The position numbers were made by a program, and so were the translations under genes. This document shows, piece by piece, positions 15,501 through 27,500 of a DNA stretch of 64,000 bases (its first letter is position 1; each line of letters starts with the position of its first letter). The DNA is taken from positions 1,984,001 to 2,048,000 of the forward strand of contig CDROCS010000370.1 of NCBI GenBank assembly GCA_977020255.1. The letters are read 5' to 3'. The stretch is from Obrimoposthia wandeli. Lineage: Eukaryota. The notes under the pieces are model-generated. The model did no database searches, was not told the DNA's origin, and worked only from the letters and a program-made list of their open reading frames with translations.

Positions 15501-18500
15501 GATAGTTAATGTCAGCTTCATATACGTTACTAGTTGAAAAGAAAGACTTTATTATTTCATTGCGTTCTCTCAAATTAAATTGTGCAGCCACTATACAGAA
15601 ATTTAACTTGCAATGTTTAAATCATCATCGATTATTTATACACAATATTCACTCATGAATCAATAAAGGAGACATTTGTACTATAGAGTTAGAACTTGTA
15701 ATAATTAAAGTCTATATTCATAGATATCTTCTGTGATGTTAATTTTGTATTCATTTACGAACTACCCTGTATATTAAATATATCAGATATTTGGGGTAAA
15801 CTTCTACGTAGTTTGTATACAAGGAAATGGTTTACTAATGTCTGTGTCAGCACTTTGCTAATTTTTCAAGACCATAATAATTTTGGCATAAACTTAACCA
15901 TAAAATAAATAAATTCCCTAAGTCAGTGCTCTATCTGGCGGCTCGCCGATAATGAAAAAATATGTTGATGATTATCTGACGGAACTCAGTAATTAAAATC
16001 ATAAAATTTGTCCATGAATGAGTGCTAAATCATCGGGAAATTTTTGAACTGTTTAAAGCAGTTGAAAGTGAGAACGAAGAATATTTTGTTGTGAAAATGT
16101 TATATCACTAGAAAATGTGATAAATTTCCGACTAATTGGAATATTAGCAAATAACAAAATAAATATATCAACTTGTAAAACTTCTTCTATATGATTCATT
16201 TTTAGAAAAAAAATATCAACATTTGACCTTGAATCCTTGTGTCTATATATTGATTTCCAATAAGTTCAAAAGGTTTTCTGAAATATTTGAATTTGGTGCC
16301 AAAAACAATTTTTGAAAATAAATTTTAAAAATTTGACTTCTGTAAAATAAAAAACTTCATTGGCCGATAGTCTTTGTTCCGAAAGACAAGTGGTAACGGT
16401 TGCTGTGGAGGGCGGATAGCAGGCCTTTGTTCTGAAAGACACGGCTTTTGCAAATACATGAAAATCGATAAAATTTAACCAAAATTTACCAATTTTTTTT
16501 CCATTTATTTTTGAAATTTGTCTATAAAATCACATTTTAAAAAAGGGGAAAAAATCTCAGCAAAAAGTTTCAGGTGCTAGTTCTAGGAGGGTGTCAAAAT
16601 TTCTTTGTTCCGAAAGACACACATCTCCTTACTTACTGATTTACTATAAACGTTGTGTCACTGATTTCCTTCAAGTTGTATATATATATGCTTTCCAAAG
16701 AGTAAAGTTTACTAATGTTTCTGGATTGCGTCCAATTTGGCACTATTTATTCAAATGGATGAAATAAGTAGATAGATTTGTCAATTATGGCACAGTACTC
16801 CCTGCTATCCCTCAATGACTCATCAATACAAAGGGCAATACGTAAACGCTATAAATCGCTATACAAAAACGGAATGAAATAGTTGTAAATAGACAAAGAG
16901 TTTCACAATATACTCAATATTTAGGTAATTTCAAATATAAAGCTTCTTAAATGCCTATAAAGCTTATAGATATTCCAGCATTTGAGCAGCAAAATAATCT
17001 TTCTATAAATGTATTTATATATCTGAATTTGATGCAGAATTTAAAAATGATAATCAAGATGTATTTTAACATCCTTTTATTGATGTTATATATATGACGC
17101 GTAATCCAGATGAAGAAGAAATAAATTTATTATTACTAGAATTAACAAATGATAATTTCCATTATATAGCAGTAACAGATTTAAATATGCTTTTAAATAA
17201 TCTTAATAGTGGAATTCATAGTAAGTAGTGTCATAAATGTTTAGATTGTTTTAGGTTTCAACCTGCTTATGAAAACCATTTACAATTATGTGCACTTAGT
17301 AAACATGGTGAAACGCTTTACAAAATGCCAGAAAAAAGAATTTTGCGGAGTTTGAGGATTTATCAAAATCCATACCAGAAAAATTTGTTGTATATGCAGA
17401 TTTGAACCCATGTTGGTATCTCATAATATACACGAGCAGATTTATCTACCTGCAGCATCAGGGATGTTGTTTACAACACGAAAGGGTAACATGTATCATC
17501 AATATGTAGGTATAAAATGTGTTGAGGAATTTCTGCAAAATTTGACAGATTTGTTGCAATATACTGTAAAACCATGGTATGATGAAAATGCATATAAAGC
17601 TCTAAGAAAGACTCCTTTTGATTGGATAGAATTTAAAGCTGCCATAATTTGCTATCTCTGTAATAATTCAAATGATAAGCTTGTTCGTGATCATGACCAT
17701 ATGAGTGGTAAATATTTAGGAGTAGCTTGTTTTAAATGTAATATATCTCGTTGACTAAGTAGAATACCGACTTTACCTGTATTATTTCATAATTTGAAAG
17801 GATATGATTTACATCATATTATGAAATATGCTATTTCCAAAGTTAGATATTAGATGTGTACCGTTATAAACTGAAACGTTTATGGCACTTATAGTAAAAA
17901 CAGAGTTTAGTATTTTACGATTTATCAATTCGTATCAATTTATGCGTGATAGCTTGGCACGTTTAGTTGGTTATATGACTATCCTACCTTTAACAAGTCA
18001 TGGAGATGATAAGCGAAAGTGGGTAGGTATGAACAACTGAAGGGCATATGGTTTTATGATTTATAACACTTTTTTAATCTTGTGATGAATGTAATAAATC
18101 TTAGAGTTTTAATTGTCTTTAGATATTTTCCTATTGTATATAATAAGTTTTTTAAAAAGTAGAGGTGTTTTCAATTAAATTTCAAATTTTTTAAAGAAAA
18201 AGAACAATTTATTTTAGATAATTTGTATATAATGAGTTTTTTTAAAGAATAGAGGTTTTATTAAATAATTTTCAAATTTTTTTAAATATAAAAATTTATA
18301 AAAGCAATTTATAAGTTATAACAAAACATATTTTTATGAGTTGTATTAAAATTACAACTTTTAAAAAACTTTTTAAATAAAGATTTCACGTTATCAGAAA
18401 GATTTTATTAAGATAGAAAAATATATTTGATGTATTTCGATTATTAGACATAATACTATCGAGATCATTCTCTTTGAGATTATCCAGTTGGTCGCTGTCT

Positions 18501-21500
18501 GGACGTCGTAGTAGTCTCTGATCAACCATGGAATGTAATACTCGGAATTTCTCTATAAAACATAAATAAAGTTAAAATATTAAAATAATTTACCAGTTCA
18601 AATTTTACAAATTCGTTTGCAAAGTTTTCATATGTCAATTTTTGCTGCTCTCCATGAAGGTCTTTTGTTGCGATGATAACGGCCCATATTCACCATCTAG
18701 CTTGAGTAGTAAGTTGTTGTATAATATGGGATATCCATTGCTTTCTTAACTGGATAGAAGAAATTTAAATATTTTAGAATACTCTTGTATTCATTCATAT
18801 CATGTTCCTGACATCTTGATAAAATATTTAATTTATTGATTATTTCCTCTTCGAGTGGTCCCTCCCTTTGTTCATATGTCCAGAGTTCATAGTTTTCATT
18901 TTCATTAGAATATGGTTTTCCGAGGCTTTGAACTCATTGGATAATTGGTTAAAAATGGTTCTTCTTAGTTGATTTGTCAGTCAAGTTATATATATATATA
19001 TCTTCTTCTTCATTGTCCGAGATGACGATTGTTGCCATGTTAGGTATTTGAGTTCTGTATATTATCTCATGGGCTTCTTCATCTTTGCAAACTGTCTCAT
19101 ACATTTGTATTATTTCTTGGTCAGGTGGTTCTTCTTTAAATTCTTCGTCATCTGAAATGATAATTGTTTCCATGGTGAAATGTGTTTCTTGATGTACGTT
19201 ATCCCGTGTTAGTTTAGTTGAACCTTCAAAAAGTTTAAAGTTTGTCTTATCTAATAGTTGTTGAGCCATTAAAATGTTTTGTATGAAAAGTATTTGGGTT
19301 TATATAGTTGAAGCGTAGAATATGATGTAATATTCATTTTTGATTCATTAAGTGGTTGAAAATGATGAACTCTGATACTTAACAACCAGGTCAACCATGG
19401 TCGCTACATATTGGACTTTCACCGATGAGTCATTGAGGGGTAGGGGGTATTGTGCCGAAATCGACACATCTACCTAATGAAATAGCCAAAGTGTGAAAAC
19501 AACTACAAAACGTCGATATACATATTATCCAGAAGAAATTGATGAAGAGCGTTAAGACAAAGGAAAGACGAGTGTCTGACCATGATATTAACAGCATATT
19601 GAAATTACATTTTAGTAAACCTTATTAGTTGTATTATTCTAATATTTTTGTTGGAATTACAAGTCAACTTGAAATTGTGTTTATTTACTTATGGATTTTG
19701 TCGCATTTTTTTAGTGATATAACTTTGATGTCAGATGGTTAATTCGAGGAGCTATTGGATAGAATCAAAATGTACATAAACCAAAAAATCTGCTGCACAT
19801 GGGATTGGACCTTGACATCATCGACCTAGGTTGATAATATATAAATTTATAACTGATTTTACACCGTTGTTCCATTCAAGGCTACTGTTTCTCTGGACCA
19901 AATTGCCCTTCTTCGGGAAGACAGCTTCTCTCAGTCTCCCTCACTCCAGTGCCTCGACTTCCCCGCTCATCCCAAATTTAATTACTCGGCCTTAGAGTGA
20001 GTTGTCACTGTTGTATTGTGAAAGACTATTCTAAACTTTTGTCTGAATCTCTCAATATTTTGCATGAATTTACATTAATATCATTATACTATAAGAGTTT
20101 GTGTTTTAAGATAGAATAACTAATATTTATATAGCGCTGGAATCCACTGATAATGCTTTATTCAGGATGGAGTTTAATCATCTTTTGCAGCAGTCATGTG
20201 CAACCCAGGGGTAACATAGTTGTTTGGGGAGCCGGCAAAAGTATTGGACATGTTTAATAGCAATACTTTTATATTACATTATATTAATTTATTTATATAA
20301 TATTTCTAAATTCTTGAGCATTTTTACGGGTATGCTTGTTCCCTTTTCAAATTCCCAAAGGAGTATACAAAACTTCAAATTTAAAAAAAGGCAATTTCTT
20401 AGTTTTTATAATAAGATACACAAGTGTTTATTGAATAATTTTTATTTAAACTAATAAAAAAGCATATCTGAAATGTGGGCGTATGGCATACATTACAATT
20501 TTCTGCCCATAAAAGGCGTATTTTGTACAAAGCGTTAAGATAAATGTACTTTATTGACTGATAAGAATTAAGAAATTCATGTAAGATATGCAGCATTCAA
20601 AAATATTTTAAAACGGGTGGGTCAGAATTCTCTACGATGACTTAGATTACTGGTTTGAAATACTTTACTCTTTAAATAAAAAGACAGGCTTATTTGTTAA
20701 CATCGGCTTGTAGACATTTGCAGAACTAATCATATGCGAGGGTGCATTATTTGATAGAAAAATATAGTTGAATTCCCAATTTAATCAAGCAAATAAATAA
20801 TCAGATAAAGTTATTTCAATCCCAGATAAATTAAGAAAAGCATACAAAGAATCTCATTCAAAACATTTATGTAATATGTAAACTTCATTTTCAAAACAAC
20901 CTAAACAACCGCAAGCCTTTCTTCTTTACAGTGAAGAGCTCGAATTCCAGAACATCTTCGAGATACGGTCGGTATGCTGGATAATAATCACAGCACCTTG
21001 TGACAGCGTATTCTTTCTGGTCAGTTTCGTCTGGGGATAGCTGATCGTCTTTGTAGTAATTGAAGCATTTCAATATAGTTTTTCCGAAAGAAAATACCTG
21101 GGAACTTTTAACCGAATAGTAGTTTAGTCCATCGTTAAACTGTACTTCTGGGGCCATGTAAAAGTCGGTGCCAACGCGATAATTGCAGCGAGGGTCTTTC
21201 TTTTCTTTCGTATTCTCGTGTTTGGTGTTGTACATGAACTCTAGATCGATAAGCTTCACTTCGTGGGTTTTACTGTTGACCATGACATTTGACGGCTTTA
21301 TGTCCATGTGAAAGAGGCCCTGCTTGTTCAACTTCAGTATCAGCTTCAGCACGTCTCTCAGGATCTTCTTCAGAACTGTGACATCTGGCAGTTTGACACG
21401 GCACAATTTCTGCAAATTCATCCATGGTTCGTCAAGATACTCAAAGATGACAATGAAAAACTCTTCTCGACAGGTGTAATCGAGCACTCGCGGACACAAT

Positions 21501-24500
21501 CTTTCCCACGGATCTTCGATATCAAGATAGTTCCTCAGCTCGATTGGCATCATGATCTCGTATTTTTTGTCGAAACACATTTGACTCTTTGATTCGGTTT
21601 TGAAGATCTTCTGCAACGTTTGATGTCCAGTTTTAGGGTTGGTAACGAGGGTGACCATCGTATTTCCTTTGTTACTCAAAATAGTGAATTGAGAGAATTT
21701 AGTAATAAACATATCTTAAATAACTTAAGCCATTAAAGCAATTCTACTCAAAATACCTTTTAATTAAAAAATGTTTGGAAAAAAATTATTCGAAATTGTA
21801 TTGGTTAGTATTTATATTTTTTATTACTTATTTATGGTGGTGAAAATCATTTTACATTTATTTTCAGACAAAACACTTAACTTTTGTATCTGAACGCATT
21901 CATTCAATTACCATTTTGAACATAAAAAATATTTATCGATTACTAAAGTGGTTCATTTAAGGTGGTTCTTTTAAGGTAGTTCTTTGAAATGGTTCTTTGA
22001 ATATGATTCTATGAATGTGGTTCTTTCAAAGTTAACCTTCAAAACATTTATTTTCCTACTTTATGAAGTTGTTGGAGTTTCTATTTGAAAATAGATCCTC
22101 GTATGGAGGGCCCCAACGTTAGTTCTTTAGCAATAGGGCTTAGATGTATGTGGCATATCTTTTTTGGTTTATTTCACTTAGTCTCAGTCCCGAAGGATTT
22201 CTTTTAGATACTTGTATTTCAGTTGTGTAGAGAGCGATACTCGTAGTACACCAAATGGTTTTCCGTTAATTTAGGGTCGTGTATAGTGAAATTCGTACCT
22301 CTCTCGTCTTATGTGGGTTGATCAAATTGACTCTACTTGATGTGTAGGAAATAATATATTGATTCACACTTAGTCAAAAAGGTGCTACAAACGACAATAA
22401 TTTGTCCAACTACGCTCTTTTCCACACGTGATAAACAAAGTTGATCTTAACCTAACGTATTGATTTTAATTTAACCTAGTAATTCTAAAGGTTCCTCTTT
22501 TTATCGTCTCTTAGCTTCTATTCTCCGAGTTGACCTTACTCAGTAAAGTAAAAATTTGTAAAGATCAAGTACAAGTTTTCAAGTTCCCTAATTCACTGGT
22601 GTGAAACTAACAATTTATAAAATTCAGTCACAATTCGCAATTCAGTTATAATTCACAATTTATGAAATTCAGTTATAATTTTTTATTTCCCTCACGACTT
22701 CTCACCTCTCTCGAATAGGTTGATTGGTCCTCCGGTAGGTCCACAGAATCCTGATTCGAATCTTTTGCCTCGGTTCCTCCTCATTTTTGCCGATACGATT
22801 TGGTTCTGTCGTCTGCCTGGCCTTTTGTACAGATGTTTCTTAAATTTCTGTTTTGGTTTTATGATCTCAACCTTTGATCATTTGTCCATTGATCAGAATT
22901 TTCGAGCTGCTTGAATCAAGATTTTTCTGTTATTGTTTAACTCGATCTCTCAATTTCTGGTTCCTGAACAAAACAATTAGTGGTTTTTCACTTAACTAAC
23001 TAAGTGCCACTTACCTCGGGGATTGTCTGGCTCGCAGATGTCGGAATCCTACGGTTGGAAAACAGGTGATGTTTTCCCAATGATAATTAATCAATTAATT
23101 TCTTCTATCGATTAAATTTCTTCTTAATTTGCTTTCCTTTTTCTTCTTAATTTGCTTTCCTTTTTCTTCTTAATTTGTTTTCCTTTTAGGCAATCAATAT
23201 CAGTTTTGAGATTATCTTCTATTGGCTCTTCTTATTAAAATTATCCCTACATATAATGCTACTCACTCAACCTCTTCAAGGTCCTAAATTACTTTAGTTT
23301 TATTGAATTTTATTTTAAATTAAAAAATATATTAATTTTATTTAACCTAGCTTTCAAGGTTCTATTTTTTATATATATATAATTATTTTTTTTTAAAATC
23401 CTAATCCTAACAAAGTTATATATGATAGGCTTGGTCTGACCTTGCTCAGACCTTAGAGAGTCAAAATATTTCCAAAAAGTCAACAACAAAAAAATTCTAA
23501 AAGCTTTTGTTTATTTTTAACATAATTATCCCAAAATGTTTTCTTCTTCAAAATTGTTTACCTCTAACAACTTTTTGATCTTTAAAGTTTTTACCTTTAA
23601 CATTTTCTCTATTAAATTTATATTTTAAAATTTTGTTTTGTTTTATTGCATCAATTTCAATGCGCGCAAAATCAAAATTTATATTTTAAATGTATGTTTC
23701 TTCCGGTCACGACTATCACAACTTTCTTACTAACAACTTTTAGATGAGTATAAAATAAATAAATAATAATCATTTTTCAAAAAATGAATTCTATAAATAA
23801 TTGATAAATTAAATAATCTTTCTAGTTCAATACGTTGTTTGAAGACATATTAAATATAGAAAATATATATTAGAAAATATAACAATTATCTTCGAAGTTA
23901 CATTTACATGTTCATATTTAGAAACTTTTATTCCATGACTATAAGTCTTAACATTCATATCAAACTTTATAATAATATTCTACAATATCTCTTGCTGTAT
24001 TTATTTCTTCTGGAAAACTATCTTGATTTTGAAATATATTAATTATAAGTCTTTTAGTTAGTCGAATTTCAAATCCTTCCTTTACAATTTGTAACTCTTT
24101 ATAATTTATAGTAGTTGAGTTAAATATAAGATTATCATAATCAAAAAAATCTGGTTCAAGTAACATTTTTAAAAGTAATACATTTTTACCGCTACCTGAG
24201 GAACCAATTATCAAAAGTCTAAAATTCGATTGAAATATTTTATTGTTGAAAATTGTTGTCTTTATTCTAAATTGGAGAAAATTACATTTTTTATTTTTTG
24301 TAATTTAACGGAGTTTTTAAAAATTGAAATTTGAAAACTCAAGAAGAAGATCTGGTGAAGTTATGACAAATATTACAGAAGAAAAATTGAGAGAATTTGT
24401 AAATTCTCCTAAGCCAAAATCTGTATCAATTAACAATAAAAAGTATTGGATTGGAAAAAGTATTAAAAATAGTGAGATGAAGGTGGATTTCTGCCTCTAT

Positions 24501-27500
24501 TAGCTTTAATTCCTGCAATAGCTGCAGCACTTGGAACCGCAGGAGGTTTAGCTGGTGGAGTTGTAATAGCTGTTCAAAAACTAAAAAAACGGCAAATATG
24601 ATGAGAGAAATAAAATAAATATAGAAGCACAGGAAGTAAAATAAGAATTAGATAATATGCGCAAGCGAAACCAAGAATCGGGCGTGACTTTGTCACTAGT
24701 CACCAAAGGCGATGGTGTGATTTCACTAGGCTCCAAGAGCAGCAGGCTTTATTTGAATCATCATCAAGGTAGAACTGTTAATGATTTTATGAAAAATTTA
24801 ATTGATCAAGATGAAGATTTAACATCAGAGAAAAAGTCCCGAATGAAACAAACCTGTAAAAGTTTAAAGAAAAGATGTATATGTAAAGTTAAAGAAGGTA
24901 AACATGGACTGGGAATCTATTTGAAGCCCGCGACATTTAATCACTAAAAATAACTTTTATTCTTAAAAATGGTTCTCGAAGATAGATTAGCTTTATTGAA
25001 AAAAAATTGTTCAAACAGAAGATAAATATAATGTTGGAGAAATTTTTAAAAATATGAGCTCTATTATTTAAATGAACAATTTTTAAAACAACAAGAACCT
25101 GTTGTAAAAGCTATGGAGAAAAATAAAGTGCTAGCTGGAGAAGTAAGAAGGATAATACAAAATCAATTCAAAATGCTATTCCATAAAATTTTGAGCCGTT
25201 TATAACATACACAGAAATAAAAGATAAAACTTTACCTAAAACTGCAAAACCAAAATTTTCTACTATAGAAGCTCATAACGAAGAATTTCAAATCATAGAA
25301 ATTAATAAAAAACGTTTCATATTGTTTGATGAAAATAATCAAAAATATATCAAAGTTAGAGATCCAGAGGTAAAACACATGAATATACAGATGATTTAAA
25401 GTTAATTAAAGAATACGGCAAAATAAAAATTAAATTTCGAAATATTTTTAAATTTCACTGGGAAATATGCTAGACAATTACAATCCTTTTTGGATTCATA
25501 TGAAACAGAACAATGAGCTATAGTATAAGAAGCTGGAAATAATTATAAAGAATAAAATGTAATTAGTACTTTTAAAGAATTGAGAAAATTATTGTCAGCT
25601 AAAAAGCGGAACATAATAGTAGTCCTTCGTTCTGAAGCTGATACTGAAGTTGAACAAGCAGGGCCTCTTTCACATGGACATAAAGCCGTCAAATGTCATG
25701 GTCAACAGTAAAACCCACGAAGTGAAGCTTATCGATCTAGAGTTCATGTACAACACCAAACACGAGAATACGAAAGAAAAGAAAGACCCTCGCTGCAATT
25801 ATCGCGTTGGCACCGACTTTTACATGGCCCCAGAAGTACAGTTTAACGATGGACTAAACTACTATTCGGTTAAAAGTTCCCAGGTATTTTCTTTCGGAAA
25901 AACTATATTGAAATGCTTCAATTACTACAAAGACGATCAGCTATCCCCAGACGAAACTGACCAGAAAGAATACGCTGTCACAAGGTGCTGTGATTATTAT
26001 CCAGCATACCCGACCGTATCTCGAAGATGTTCTGGAATTCGAGCTCTTCACTGTAAAGAAGAAAGGCTTGCGGTTGTTTAGGTTGTTTTGAAAATGAAGT
26101 TTACATATTACATAAATGTTTTGAATGAGATTCTTTGTATGCTTTTTTTAATTTATCTGGGATTGAAACAACTTTCTCTGATTATTTATTTGCTTGATTA
26201 AATTGGGAATTCAACTATATTTTTCTATCAAATAATGCACCCTCGCATATGATTAGTTCTGCAAATGTCTACAAGCCGATGTTAACAAATAAGCCTGTCT
26301 TTTTATTTAAAGAGTAAAGTATTTCAAACCAGTAATCTAAGTTATCGTAGAGGATTCTGACCCACCATTTAAAAAATATTTCAAACCAGTAATCTAAGTC
26401 ATCGTAGAGGATTCTGACCCACCCATTTAAAAAATATTTTTGATGCTGCACATTTTACCTAAATTTTTAGTTCTTATCAGTCAATAAAGCACATTTATCT
26501 TAACGCTTTGTACAAAATATCTTAAGTTGCATTATTTTTCAGTAGTGAAGCAAGTGTTAAAAATGCATCAACATCAAAGAGAAATAAATTTTGTCAGCAG
26601 CATATTTTAAAATATTTTTAGGTTGAGAGATAACGAAATGGTTTAAGACAGAAAATGTATGTGTTTTATTTCTAAGCTCACATTCAAATAACTTTTAGAA
26701 ATGCTTTTGTACTATTACAAATATCAATCACCGAATTATCTCGCCATTTGTCTGACAACAGATCGCTGTCGTGTTATTTAGGAACTGGCACTTTTGGCAC
26801 TTCTAAAGACACCAATATCTTCTCCTGAGAAATCGGACAAAAGCAACAAAGCGTTCGAATGAAAATCTGTAGTAGATTTTAAACATATCCGATACAGAAT
26901 AATACACAGACTAAGCTAGTCAATTTAAGCTGCCTTGTCTTTTAGAAATTATTATTGAATATTCCAACCCTAGCTCTTTACAAAATATACAACATGTTTC
27001 ATTACAGTTGGACACACTAACTTATACTTATTCACTACAAGACACAAATAATTTCTAGTCACTGCTAAAAACAAAATTTATCAAACCAAATTAGTTACTA
27101 GTTCGGGTGAGTTTTGTAGTATTTAGAAACCATTGTATACCCTATCAACCTTTCAAATCGCACAATGCACGAAAATTTTAAGCGGTAACGCAGGAGTGTA
27201 TCACACTTAAATCTAATTTAGATAGTTATTATAAAATCAGTTTCTGAAGCATTTCTAATTTTACAATTACTTTAACCAATCAAATGAACTGTCTGGACCC
27301 CGGCTTGAAACTGGTATTTAACTGGGCAAATTCATACCAGAAAAATGCAAGCCGAGCTAATGTCGGGGTCCAGCTGGCTATTTACTGGGTTTGTCCCATC
27401 GTGGTATTTCTGCATTACCACAGTAATAATAGCCGTCTGAGAGCCAGTACTCGGCCGATTCACACCCTGCCAAAGCCTAATATTAAACCTCTAAACGTTT

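Noticed and set aside
27293-27470. H/ACA snoRNA reading of the twin hairpins
   Set aside because: The hinge is only 2 nt with no ANANNA box, and there is no correctly placed ACA.
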